From Actinomycetes bacterium (GTDB lineage: Bacteria > Actinomycetota > Actinomycetes > S36-B12 > UBA5976): 64,000 nt of DNA. The position numbers and the translations under genes were made by a program. Positions 41,766 to 51,279 of the stretch are shown piece after piece. The stretch spans positions 1,833 through 65,832 of the forward strand of contig JBAXKB010000002.1 in the NCBI GenBank assembly GCA_037137575.1, in the 5' to 3' direction. The notes below the pieces were generated by a model. That model saw only the letters and a list, made by a program, of their open reading frames with translations, was not told where the DNA came from and made no database searches. Within the stretch, counting starts at the first letter, position 1. Each line of letters opens with the position of its first letter.

Positions 41766-42671
41766 TTAACGCGCTAAAGTTCTCGCTCCATGCACTGGTC
41801 CATGCGCTCGAACCGCTTGATCAACCAAGCCAGAACTCGAAAGAGCGACTACTAAATCAATGGCTGCTTTCTCGTCCTTAACCAGGAACGCGCAGGTCGG
41901 CCCACTTCCCGAGACAATTGCCCCCAAAGCACCAAGGTCTAACCCAAACTCGAGAGCAGACGTTATGACCGGCTTCATTGTGATGGCCGCCGTTTGCAAA
42001 TCATTACGAAGAAGTGCCCCCAGCGCTACCGCGTCCCCTTGGGTGATCGCGCTTAAAACTTCAACTGGAACATTCGGTACCTCGGCAAAATGGGGGCCAC
42101 GAAGATTGTCAGTTCGTTCATAGACTGCTGCAGTTGAGAGCCCCTCGTTGAACGTGCCAAAGACCCAATGAAATATTCCGCGAGTCATTACTGGAGCTAG
42201 AACATCGCCACGACTGGTCCCGATTGCGCAGCCGCCATGCAACATAAATGGCACATCTGAACCAAGCTCGCTAGCCATCGCATCTAATTGAGCTCGTGGA
42301 ATCTGCGCCCGCCACAAGGCATCACAAGCCAACAAAGTTGCCGCAGCATCTGCACTGCCACCTGCCATACCTGCAGCGATTGGTATTGATTTGTTAATTG
42401 TTATTTTCACTTTAGGGTCGCGGCCACAGGCCGCAGCTACTAATTTTGTCGCAGCCCAAACTAAGTTGGATTGATCGGTTGGTATTCGCTTGGCAAAACT
42501 TCCTTGCGCAACTATTTCGAAATCATCTGAATCTTCTACGGTTATTTCGTCGTAAATGTTTACCGATTGAAAGACGGTGGCTAAGTTGTGAAAGCCGCTA
42601 AATTCGCGCGCGCCAACACCAAGATAAACATTGACTTTGCCCGGAACGCGAACGGTAACTGAATGGTTCAC
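41766..42671 (-). CDS. ispE: 4-(cytidine 5'-diphospho)-2-C-methyl-D-erythritol kinase
   Basis: 301 aa of the GHMP kinase family with KVNVYLGVG and IPIAAGMAGGSADAAA. It lies downstream of rsmA, as in other actinobacteria. Confidence 0.92.
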   Translation of the reverse strand: MNHSVTVRVPGKVNVYLGVGAREFSGFHNLATVFQSVNIYDEITVEDSDDFEIVAQGSFAKRIPTDQSNLVWAATKLVAAACGRDPKVKITINKSIPIAAGMAGGSADAAATLLACDALWRAQIPRAQLDAMASELGSDVPFMLHGGCAIGTSRGDVLAPVMTRGIFHWVFGTFNEGLSTAAVYERTDNLRGPHFAEVPNVPVEVLSAITQGDAVALGALLRNDLQTAAITMKPVITSALEFGLDLGALGAIVSGSGPTCAFLVKDEKAAIDLVVALSSSGLVDQAVRAHGPVHGARTLAR

Positions 42672-42675
42672 AAAC

Positions 42676-43527
42676 TCATTTTACTTGCTGGGATGCCTTC
42701 GATATCGCTAAAAAAGCATCGATATCTAACTGTTCGCCGCGTAAACCTGAATCAATACCAGCGCGCGCCAACACTGCATCTACTTGCGCTGCTCCCCCTA
42801 GAAACGAACTAAGAGCTGAACGAAGTGTTTTGCGACGCTGACTAAACGCTGCATCGACTACTGAAAAAAGTTGCTGCTTGATGGCTAAGTCTGGCGATTC
42901 TTGATGGCGAACAATACGCACAAGCACCGAGTCAACATTTGGAACCGGCCAGAAAATTTGTCGACTGATAGTAGCAACCTGCGTTACCTCGCCGTAGAAG
43001 CGAGCTTTAACGCTCGGTATTCCATAAATTTTGGACCCTGGGCCGGCTGCCAACCGCTCGCCAACTTCTGCTTGAACCATAACGAGCACTTCGCGAATGC
43101 TTTGGAACTTTTCTAGGAAGTGCAGGATCACTGGTACTGAAATGTTGTACGGCAGGTTAGCGACCAACTTAGTTGCTTTAGTGGGAAGTTCAGCGAGCTT
43201 TAATGCATCAACATTTAGCACCACCAACTTTTGTGCCAATTGCTCATCAATTTTGGAAATGGTTTTCGGTAACTGAGTGGCTAACCTTTCATCAATTTCT
43301 ACCGCGACTACCGAATTTGCTGCAGCTAATAAACCGATGGTGAGCGAACCCAGGCCTGGACCAATCTCAGCTACATCATCTTGGGCAGTTACTCCGCTAA
43401 TTTCGATGATGCGCCGGACAGTATTTGGATCAATGACGAAGTTCTGGCCCCACTTTTTAGTGGGAGATAGCTCTAACGCACTTGCAAGTTGGCGGATCTG
43501 ACTAGCGCCAAGAAATTTTTCCGACAT
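42676..43527 (-). CDS. rsmA: 16S rRNA (adenine1518/1519-N6)-dimethyltransferase
   Basis: 283 aa with KKWGQNFVIDPN, EIGPGLGSLT and NLPYNIS motifs. Confidence 0.95.
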   Translation of the reverse strand: MSEKFLGASQIRQLASALELSPTKKWGQNFVIDPNTVRRIIEISGVTAQDDVAEIGPGLGSLTIGLLAAANSVVAVEIDERLATQLPKTISKIDEQLAQKLVVLNVDALKLAELPTKATKLVANLPYNISVPVILHFLEKFQSIREVLVMVQAEVGERLAAGPGSKIYGIPSVKARFYGEVTQVATISRQIFWPVPNVDSVLVRIVRHQESPDLAIKQQLFSVVDAAFSQRRKTLRSALSSFLGGAAQVDAVLARAGIDSGLRGEQLDIDAFLAISKASQQVK

Positions 43528-43536
43528 ACCAGTGGA

Positions 43537-44343
43537 TTAATACCAACCAGTTGAATTTGAGTGATCTAATGCGCCACAAGGCGTGCTGTAGCGACTAGAG
43601 ATGTAATGGGCTCCCCACTTAATTTGGGTAACTGGGTTGGTTTGCCAGTCGGCGCCAAACTGTGACATCTTGCTGCCCGGCATTGCTTGTGGGATTCCGT
43701 AAGCACCACTACCGCGATTACGCGCTGCGTGATTCCAATGACTTTCGCGATTCCAAAGTGAAACTAAGCAACCGAACTGAGTTTGATTCCAGTCGTACTT
43801 TTGCGCGATATAAACCTGGGCAAACTGCATATTGCCCTTAGGGGTTCCGGTCTGCCCAGCGGCATCAGTGGTATCAATATTTAACTTCACCGGCTCGCCC
43901 GTACCAATTATGTAAACCGCTGGCTTGGCCTTATTGACGATTTTCTTTGCAACTAAAGTCCGAGCAATTGTCTTGCCCTTTAGAACTTTTAATTGGTAAA
44001 CATAACGGACTGTTCCTTGAACACCCTTGCTGCGTAAAATTTTAGTGCCGCGTTCAATGTTGGCCGAGTGAATAATCGTGCTAGAAACTTTGAAATGCTT
44101 AACGCTCGAGACGGTCCGGATAGAACGAACTCCCGTTACAACTTTCAAATTGGTTGACTTAGTCACAGGCGCCTTAGTTTGCGAGCCTGATGCAACCAAT
44201 GAGGTAACTGACGCTGGGGTGCCTGTTGCTGCTGATCCGCCTAGTACCAGAACTGCGCCAACAGCAATTGGCCCCAGGAATCTAGATAGCGACTTGGGGC
44301 TGGCATGACGAGCTGGGGCGCGGCGACGTCCGCGTGAACTCAT
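43537..44343 (-). CDS. Secreted G5-domain protein with Apf/SLT-like lytic transglycosylase C-terminal domain (positional counterpart of rpfB)
   Basis: ATG at 44343 (GGAG upstream). It has a basic N-terminus plus TM segment and a G5-like stretch (RSKGVQGTVRYVYQLKVLKGK). The C-terminus LWNRESHWNHAARNRGSGAYGIPQAMPGSKM...NPVTQIKWGAHYISSRY...GWY is typical of aggregation-promoting-factor-type muramidase domains. Confidence 0.7.
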   Translation of the reverse strand: MSSRGRRRAPARHASPKSLSRFLGPIAVGAVLVLGGSAATGTPASVTSLVASGSQTKAPVTKSTNLKVVTGVRSIRTVSSVKHFKVSSTIIHSANIERGTKILRSKGVQGTVRYVYQLKVLKGKTIARTLVAKKIVNKAKPAVYIIGTGEPVKLNIDTTDAAGQTGTPKGNMQFAQVYIAQKYDWNQTQFGCLVSLWNRESHWNHAARNRGSGAYGIPQAMPGSKMSQFGADWQTNPVTQIKWGAHYISSRYSTPCGALDHSNSTGWY

Positions 44344-44439
44344 ACAGGTCTCCAGGACAATAGGCGGCAAAACATTCTTTTGGGGAGGTACCCCTCTACC
44401 GTAACGCGAACTAGGGGGGCAATAGCAAGTCGGAAAACC

Positions 44440-45261
44440 CTAAAAAGGACCAAAAACCCTTGCAGCATTTGAAAAAAGAGCCTCACAAATTTCTTGTTCC
44501 GACGCGCCCCGAGCCTGCGAAATAGCCCTAACCGTAAGCGGTAACAAGCTCGAGGAATTAGGCCGGCCACGCAAAGGAACGGGGGTTAAGAACGGTGAAT
44601 CGGTCTCGACAAGCAACAGTTCAAGTGGCATCACCTTGGCTGCCTCACGCAACTCTGGCGCATTTTTAAAGGTGACAGTTCCACTAAATGAGGTGTACCA
44701 ACCATGCTCAGCGCAGATATTTGCCAACTCGACCCCGCCAGAGAAGCAATGGAACACAACCGTTTGCGGAGCCTCGTTCTCGAGCAAGATCCGAACTACA
44801 TCATCGTGGGCATCTCGATCATGAATCACTAGGGCCTTGCCCGTCTCTTTAGCGATCTCGATGTGTCGTTTAAAAGATAGGTGCTGAGCGGCAATGCCGT
44901 CGGGGCCAGTACGGAAATAATCCAAGCCCGTCTCGCCAACGGCCCGAACTTGGGGCAATTTCGCTAATTCGGCAATAACTTCCAGGGATTTTTCCAGGTC
45001 CGGATCATGCGCGGCCGCATTTGGATGTAGCGCGACTGCAGCCCAAACATCAGGATGAGTCATGGCAATTTCACTTGCCCACTGTGAACTAGCCACATCA
45101 CAACCCACTTGGATTACTTTGGCTACCCCCACCCTTAGGGCATTGGCCATCGCCTCGGTAACACTAGGCAGCGAGTGTTCGTTGTCATACTGCACATCCA
45201 TGTGGCAGTGGGTATCTACCACTGGTGACATAAGAGGTTCGACTGACATAAGCGCATCCAC
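44440..45261 (-). CDS. TatD-family metal-dependent hydrolase/DNase
   Basis: 273 aa with VDTHCHMD near the N-terminus, plus HCFSG and ETDSPFL motifs. The start is ambiguous among three Met codons. Confidence 0.88.
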   Translation of the reverse strand: MDALMSVEPLMSPVVDTHCHMDVQYDNEHSLPSVTEAMANALRVGVAKVIQVGCDVASSQWASEIAMTHPDVWAAVALHPNAAAHDPDLEKSLEVIAELAKLPQVRAVGETGLDYFRTGPDGIAAQHLSFKRHIEIAKETGKALVIHDRDAHDDVVRILLENEAPQTVVFHCFSGGVELANICAEHGWYTSFSGTVTFKNAPELREAAKVMPLELLLVETDSPFLTPVPLRGRPNSSSLLPLTVRAISQARGASEQEICEALFSNAARVFGPF

Positions 45262-45336
45262 ACTCTAAGGCTAGCGGGCGTTTAAGTTAGCCTTAATGAA
45301 ACTCTCTAGCCGAGAACAGATTTTGTAGGAGCTCCA

Positions 45337-47169
45337 GTGCGCATGCGATTTAGCGGACTCGACGGGCTCCGTGGCATTGCAGTCATAGTCGTTGTGCTCT
45401 ACCACGGCGGAATTTGGCAGATACCTGGCGGATTTCTTGGTGTAGATATTTTCTTTGTCTTATCTGGATTTTTGATCACTTCACTTTTATTGGATGAAGT
45501 TACTCGCACCAAAACGTTAGATCGGGCAAATTTCTACTTACGCCGGTTACGACGAATCATGCCTGCGCTCATCAGTATTTTGGTTTTTGTAGTAATCGCT
45601 GCAGCAACATGGGCTCCCGATGCATCATATGGGGTACGTCGAGATCTTCCTTGGGCTCTGACTTCGGTGCTGAACTGGTCGTACCTATTTTTTCATCAGT
45701 CCTACTTTGTAAATATTTCCCGGCCCCCACTGATGCAACATTTATGGTCGCTATCAATTGAGGAGCAGTACTACGCAGTTTGGCCACTCGTAGTACTGGC
45801 ATGTGTTAAAGCTAAGTGGTTGCGCGGGCACTTCCGAAGTGCAATTTTTGTACTTGCTGGGCTTGGCGCCTTGGCAAGTACATTGTGGATGCGCTGGCTT
45901 TCGATAAAGCACGGCTTCCCTGTTCCGCACGATCCAAGTCGGGTCTATTTCGGCACTGACACCCATGCGATGGGTCTGCTAGTTGGTAGCGCACTAGCTG
46001 CCGCTGTCCGCCCCGATAAGTTCACCGTGAAAATCACGCCAGATAAAAAAACTGCGCTCAATGCCCTCGCCCTTTTTAGCATTTCGGGCCTTGCCTATTA
46101 CATAACGCAAATCGGTGAATTAGACGAGTCACTGTTCCGTAGTGGATTTCTCATTGTCTCTTTGCTCACAGCTGGACTCATTCTGGCTAGCATCCATCCC
46201 GGGCTGATTTGGGGTCGACTGCTCGATATTTCTGTACTGCGCTGGTTTGGCCGACGCTCATATGGAATTTATTTGTGGCACTGGCCAATATTCATGCTGT
46301 TGCGCCCAGGGGTTGATGTTAACTGGCCAGAACCTGTGGTTCTCGGCACCCGCATCGCGCTAGTGGTTTTAATCAGCGCGATTTCCTATAGGTATTTAGA
46401 AATTCCAATTCGTAATGGCGTGCTAAAGAAAACTTGGATTCGCTGGCGCGCACTCGGGGTGCCTCGGCCAAGCTCGTGGCGACTTCTTGTCATCTTGGGC
46501 GTTACAAGCAGTTTTATTTTTTGCCTAGCCAATGTCTACCAACAGCCCATGCCAACTGCAGCAAATGCCTCCGCTTTCGGTGGAATCACGACAGTTGATA
46601 CTGATCCATCGATACCGCCGACACCGCCCCACCGCCCAAAGCCATCCGGTCACCCAAAGCCAAATAAGAGCGCAAAACCGAGCACTGCGATGCCAGTTAA
46701 CCACGGCAAAGTCGGTGTGTTTGGCGACTCTGTAGTTCTTAGCGGAAGGTTTGCCTTACAAGCCACACTAAAAAGTTTGTCTATTGATGCAGCTGTTAGT
46801 CGACAACCTTGGGAAATTGCTCAGCGTATTAAGATTCGACGCTCTGAAGGTCGACTCTCAGATTACGTTGTGATCCATATGGGGACTAACGGTCTGGTCA
46901 CCCGAGAAAATCTAGAACCAATATTGAACCAACTAAAAGACCGTAAACGTGTGGTTGTAGTCGATGTTCAAGTGCCGCGAGTCTGGATGCACCAAACAAA
47001 CGAAATGATTTATGCGCTCGTGCCGAAATATAAGAATGTTCGCTTAGCTAGTTGGCGGGTGGCATCACATGGGCATAGCGGCTACTTCACCCCTGACGGA
47101 GTACACCTGACATATGCTGGCGCAAAAGTTTTTGCGAAGATAATTCAAGATGCGCTGCGGGCACCTTAA
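45337..47169 (+). CDS. Acyltransferase family 3 (OafA/YrhL-type) membrane protein with C-terminal SGNH-like domain
   Basis: 610 aa with GLDGLRGIAVIVVVLYH and about 10 TM helices. A Pro-rich linker precedes GVFGDSV (a GDS motif). An alternative ATG lies at 45343. Confidence 0.85.
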   Translation: MRMRFSGLDGLRGIAVIVVVLYHGGIWQIPGGFLGVDIFFVLSGFLITSLLLDEVTRTKTLDRANFYLRRLRRIMPALISILVFVVIAAATWAPDASYGVRRDLPWALTSVLNWSYLFFHQSYFVNISRPPLMQHLWSLSIEEQYYAVWPLVVLACVKAKWLRGHFRSAIFVLAGLGALASTLWMRWLSIKHGFPVPHDPSRVYFGTDTHAMGLLVGSALAAAVRPDKFTVKITPDKKTALNALALFSISGLAYYITQIGELDESLFRSGFLIVSLLTAGLILASIHPGLIWGRLLDISVLRWFGRRSYGIYLWHWPIFMLLRPGVDVNWPEPVVLGTRIALVVLISAISYRYLEIPIRNGVLKKTWIRWRALGVPRPSSWRLLVILGVTSSFIFCLANVYQQPMPTAANASAFGGITTVDTDPSIPPTPPHRPKPSGHPKPNKSAKPSTAMPVNHGKVGVFGDSVVLSGRFALQATLKSLSIDAAVSRQPWEIAQRIKIRRSEGRLSDYVVIHMGTNGLVTRENLEPILNQLKDRKRVVVVDVQVPRVWMHQTNEMIYALVPKYKNVRLASWRVASHGHSGYFTPDGVHLTYAGAKVFAKIIQDALRAP

Positions 47170-48755
47170 ATACTTTCGGGCTCTTCAATGCGCGGGAACA
47201 ACGATTCGCTCTTAGTAATAACAACGCCTGGCTCTAGTTGACCCCAGATTCCTGCAGTAGTTAACGATTGCGTTAATCCGGATTCAACAGCGCCAATATC
47301 ACGCCAAAGCGCATCCATTGCTTTTGGCATAAGTGAAGAATATAGAGTTGAAATTGCCCGAAGCGCATCACAAATAACATAAAGAATTGTGTGCAAGCGT
47401 TCAGTTTGTGAATCATCCTTGGCAACTACCCACGGCTGTTGCTCTGTCACGTACAAGTTAACTGCGTCAACAAATTCTTTGACCGCGATGATTCCACTCT
47501 GAAAATCAAAATCTCTAATGTCTTTATCCGCTTTAGCCACTGTTTTAGTGAGCAGTTCGACTACTAGGGTGTCGGCGGCAGTTAGTTCACCAGGCGCTGG
47601 CAATTTGCCTTCACAGTATTTACCCACCATTGCTTGTACGCGACTTGCCAAGTTTCCAAGCCCATTCGCCAATTCCGATGTGTACCGTGCCACCAAATCT
47701 TCCCAAGAAAATGAACCATCTTGGCCAAAGATAATTGCCCGCATAAAGTAGTAGCGGAAGGCGTCTGAACCGACTAGGTCAACAATACTTTCTGCTGAAA
47801 TACCCGTTAATTTGCTCTTACTCATTTTTTCGCCACCGACTAATAGCCAGCCATGGGCGTAAACACACTTTGGTAATTCAAGTCCAGCAGCGAGCAGCAT
47901 TGCTGGCCAAATAACGGCGTGGAAGCGCAGAATATCCTTGCCAACCAAATGAACATCAGCTGGCCAAGTGTTCGCAAACTTGGTTGCACCCTCAGTTCCA
48001 GCTTCATCGCCAAGCCCAACCGCAGTCGCGTAGTTAAGCAATGCATCAAACCAAACATAAACAACTTGACTTGTATCCCAAGGAACCGGAATTCCCCAGT
48101 CAAAGGTGGATCTAGAGATTGAGAGATCCTGTAAACCAGATCGTAAAAATGACATTACTTCGTTGTACGCCGAAGTTGGTCGGATAGCTTGTGGATTTGC
48201 CTCGTAGTGTGCAATTAACTGATCAGTGAATTTAGATAAGGAAAAGAACCAGTTGGTTTCACTTACTTGTTCGACTGGTTTGCTATGGATTGGGCAAATC
48301 AATTCGCCAGATTCGTTTTCTGCAAGATCAGCTGGGAGTTTAAATTCTTCACAGCCCACACAGTATGGACCTTCGTAATTTCCTTCAACTATGTGGCCGG
48401 CATCTTTTAGCTGAGTCAGAAATTTTTGCACCCGAATAATGTGACGCTCTTGTGTTGTGCGAATGAAATCGTCGTTCTTTACATCGATTACATCAAGTAC
48501 CGGAAGCCAAGATGACTCAACAAGCCGATCGGCCCACTCCTGTGGGGCAACGTCGTTTGCCTGCGCAGTGCGAAGAACTTTTTGCCCATGCTCATCAGTT
48601 CCAGTTAAAAACCAAACATCTTCCTGGGCCAACCGGTGCCAGCGAGTTATAAAATCAGCAGCGACTGTGGTGTACGCGTGCCCGATGTGTGGGGCATCAT
48701 TCACGTAATAAATAGGCGTTGTTAAATAAAACGCTTTATTTGCTGAAACTGTCAT
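47166..48755 (-). CDS. metG: Methionine--tRNA ligase
   Basis: 529 aa with the HIGH motif YVNDAPHIGHAYT and KMSKS (GEKMSKSK). Confidence 0.97.
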   Translation of the reverse strand: MTVSANKAFYLTTPIYYVNDAPHIGHAYTTVAADFITRWHRLAQEDVWFLTGTDEHGQKVLRTAQANDVAPQEWADRLVESSWLPVLDVIDVKNDDFIRTTQERHIIRVQKFLTQLKDAGHIVEGNYEGPYCVGCEEFKLPADLAENESGELICPIHSKPVEQVSETNWFFSLSKFTDQLIAHYEANPQAIRPTSAYNEVMSFLRSGLQDLSISRSTFDWGIPVPWDTSQVVYVWFDALLNYATAVGLGDEAGTEGATKFANTWPADVHLVGKDILRFHAVIWPAMLLAAGLELPKCVYAHGWLLVGGEKMSKSKLTGISAESIVDLVGSDAFRYYFMRAIIFGQDGSFSWEDLVARYTSELANGLGNLASRVQAMVGKYCEGKLPAPGELTAADTLVVELLTKTVAKADKDIRDFDFQSGIIAVKEFVDAVNLYVTEQQPWVVAKDDSQTERLHTILYVICDALRAISTLYSSLMPKAMDALWRDIGAVESGLTQSLTTAGIWGQLEPGVVITKSESLFPRIEEPESI

Positions 48756-48788
48756 GGCACTAATTCTAGAGCGAATAGCTTTAGTTAA

Positions 48789-49631
48789 TTAATCAGCCTT
48801 TTTTCGGTGACTAATAACAGCGTCATAGACCTCGCGCTTTGGCACATTTAGTTCAGTAGCAACATCTGCGACTGCGTCACGAACTGAAATCCCTAAGTCA
48901 ATGCGCATCTGAGTCATGGTTATCCACTGTTCTGGATCGCTGTTGTCGATAGGACTTGCCCCTGCAACGACCAATGTGATCTCGCCAAGAATTTCACCCG
49001 CACACCAAGACTCAAGCTCGCTTAATGAACCTCGAATAATTTCCTCGTGGGTCTTTGTTAATTCTCGGCAAATAACTGCCTGACGGTCTACGCCAAGAAC
49101 CGCGGCCATTTCACTTACGGTTTCAGCTAACCGATGCGGCGCTTCGAAGAAAACCATTGTGCGGGGTTCAAATTGCAATTCAGTCAGTTGACGTATGCGC
49201 GCACCAGATTTTCGGTTCAAAAACCCTTCGAATGTGAATCGGTCTGTTGCAAGGCCACTAATCGCCAGTGCGGCCAAGACCGCAGATGGGCCAGGCAATA
49301 CCCGAACGGTTACTCCGGCTTTGATTGCATGCTGCACTATGCGGTATCCAGGATCGCTTACTGTTGGCATCCCTGCGTCTGAAATGACTACCACGGTTTG
49401 GCCCGCTTGAACAGCAGCAACTAAATCGACAGACTTCGCCTCTTCAACAGCGTCGTAAAACGAAACAATTTTCCCTGGCGCAGTTATGTTTAAATCACGC
49501 AGTAGCCGCACAGCCCGACGAGAATCTTCAGCCGCAACAATATCTGCTGATTGCAAGATTTCCACCAACCGAGCGGAAGCATCAGCAGGATTGCCAATAG
49601 GTGTGGCAGCGAGAAAAAGAGTTCCAGACAC
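48789..49631 (-). CDS. rsmI: 16S rRNA (cytidine1402-2'-O)-methyltransferase
   Basis: VSGTLFLAATPIGNPADAS from the GTG at 49631 is a typical RsmI start, and SDAGMPTVSDPG is also present. The ORF-track start at 49844 is an antisense overlap of pmt upstream sequence. Confidence 0.88.
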   Translation of the reverse strand: MSGTLFLAATPIGNPADASARLVEILQSADIVAAEDSRRAVRLLRDLNITAPGKIVSFYDAVEEAKSVDLVAAVQAGQTVVVISDAGMPTVSDPGYRIVQHAIKAGVTVRVLPGPSAVLAALAISGLATDRFTFEGFLNRKSGARIRQLTELQFEPRTMVFFEAPHRLAETVSEMAAVLGVDRQAVICRELTKTHEEIIRGSLSELESWCAGEILGEITLVVAGASPIDNSDPEQWITMTQMRIDLGISVRDAVADVATELNVPKREVYDAVISHRKKAD

Positions 49632-49677
49632 GAGACCATCATTCCCTATTAGGGCTCTACCCTGTAACTTTGTTGCT

Positions 49678-51279
49678 ATGGCTACAAAACGTCGACCAGT
49701 ACAAGCTCCCATTAAATCTAAACCAGTTACAAAAAATGGTGCCGGGAATCTGCAAAATATTAAATCTAAGCAGCCTGTTGTTTTCGAGCGTACTGGCGAA
49801 CTCGTTGGTGGGTGGCTGGGCTGGCTCGGACCTTTACTTGCCACACTTATCGCGGCGATACTTCGACTGCCACGGCTTGGTACTCCACACGCACTTGTAT
49901 TTGACGAAACTTATTACGCCAAGGATTCACTCTCACTTCTCTACTACGGCTACGAGCGGGCAACTATCCCCACACCAGAACCATCAATTTTGGCTAATAC
50001 CGGTCGGGGACATTTAGATATTTTCACTGCAGACCCAGCATTCGTGGTTCACCCACCAGTTGGAAAGTGGCTAATCGCCTTTGGTGAAAACATCTTTGGC
50101 ATGACCCCATTCGGTTGGCGAATCATGGTGACCCTAGTCGCCATTTTGACGGTGCTGGTAACCGCTCGAGTTACCCGACGATTGCTCAACTCAAATGTTG
50201 CTGGCACTCTTGCTGGACTGTTCTTAGCGCTTGATGGCCTGCACATTGCAATGAGTAGAACCGCACTGCTCGATACGGTTCTGACTTTCTTTGTGGTTGG
50301 TGCTTTCGGATTCCTGCTCATCGATCGTGATTTACGCGCTAGCGAAAATTTTGATAAACGTAAGGCTTTATGGACCAGAGTCGGCTTCACTTTCGCCTCA
50401 GGACTTGCCTGTGCAACGAAATGGAGCGGTATCTACTTCACCGTTGCATTCTTGTTACTCATGATCGGCTGGGACATTGCTCGTCGAACCGAGTACGGTT
50501 TGCAAGCAAGAGTCATGGGCTGGCTCAAAGATGACTTGCTACGGATTACTCTAATTCCAATCGGCGTTGTCGCGATTTACCTCACTAGTTGGATCGGCTG
50601 GTTTAAGTCAACCAATGCTTGGGATCGCAACTGGGCAACCTCAGAGAGTTCGTTCAATTTCATTCCAGCGCCATTGCGCAGCTTGTGGCACTACCACGCT
50701 GAAATGTTGAACTTCCACACTAACTTGCGAGATGCGCACAATTACCGAGCTAACCCTTGGGGTTGGCCGCTCATGATTCGCCCAACAAGTTTCTTCTACG
50801 AAGGCCAACCAACTTGTGGGACGCCACCATGTTCACAGGAAGTAATTCCACTGGGCAATCCGCTCATTTGGTGGGGAGGCGCAATCGCGCTAATCGCACT
50901 GGTTGTATTCATAATTCTGCGTAAACACCGCGCAGCACTTCCAATTATTGTTGGGTTTGCCGCAGGCTGGGTTACTTGGCTTCCTTTCGCCTACCGAACT
51001 ACTTTTCAGTTCTACTCAGTTGTGTATCTTCCGTTCACAATTATGGCGCTGGTGTTATGCATTCAAATCCTTGATCGCAAATATGGATTTGTCAGAATCA
51101 CCAAGGACCGCAAATTTTTAACTTTCCACGATGAAACCCAGGATGGCTGGGGATTTTTCTCACTCGGTTCGTTAGTAATTGTTGGTCTTTTAACGTATTA
51201 CTTCTGGCCGCTATTAGTAGATGTCTCTATTACTTATCAGGACTGGATCAACCATATGTGGCTTAAGAGTTGGATTTAA
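49678..51279 (+). CDS. pmt: Dolichyl/polyprenyl-phosphate-mannose--protein mannosyltransferase
   Basis: About 533 aa from the ATG at 49678. LVFDETYYAKD is the PMT DE motif, with many TM helices. It is divergent from rsmI, as in mycobacteria. Confidence 0.88.
   Translation: MATKRRPVQAPIKSKPVTKNGAGNLQNIKSKQPVVFERTGELVGGWLGWLGPLLATLIAAILRLPRLGTPHALVFDETYYAKDSLSLLYYGYERATIPTPEPSILANTGRGHLDIFTADPAFVVHPPVGKWLIAFGENIFGMTPFGWRIMVTLVAILTVLVTARVTRRLLNSNVAGTLAGLFLALDGLHIAMSRTALLDTVLTFFVVGAFGFLLIDRDLRASENFDKRKALWTRVGFTFASGLACATKWSGIYFTVAFLLLMIGWDIARRTEYGLQARVMGWLKDDLLRITLIPIGVVAIYLTSWIGWFKSTNAWDRNWATSESSFNFIPAPLRSLWHYHAEMLNFHTNLRDAHNYRANPWGWPLMIRPTSFFYEGQPTCGTPPCSQEVIPLGNPLIWWGGAIALIALVVFIILRKHRAALPIIVGFAAGWVTWLPFAYRTTFQFYSVVYLPFTIMALVLCIQILDRKYGFVRITKDRKFLTFHDETQDGWGFFSLGSLVIVGLLTYYFWPLLVDVSITYQDWINHMWLKSWI

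Noticed and set aside
44344-44439. Possible cyclic-di-AMP (ydaO-type) riboswitch upstream of the rpf-position cell-wall hydrolase
   Set aside because: Only about 95 nt are available. I could find just a short GGGG-UACCU-CCCC hairpin and none of the conserved ydaO core sequences, so this is too short and dissimilar to claim.
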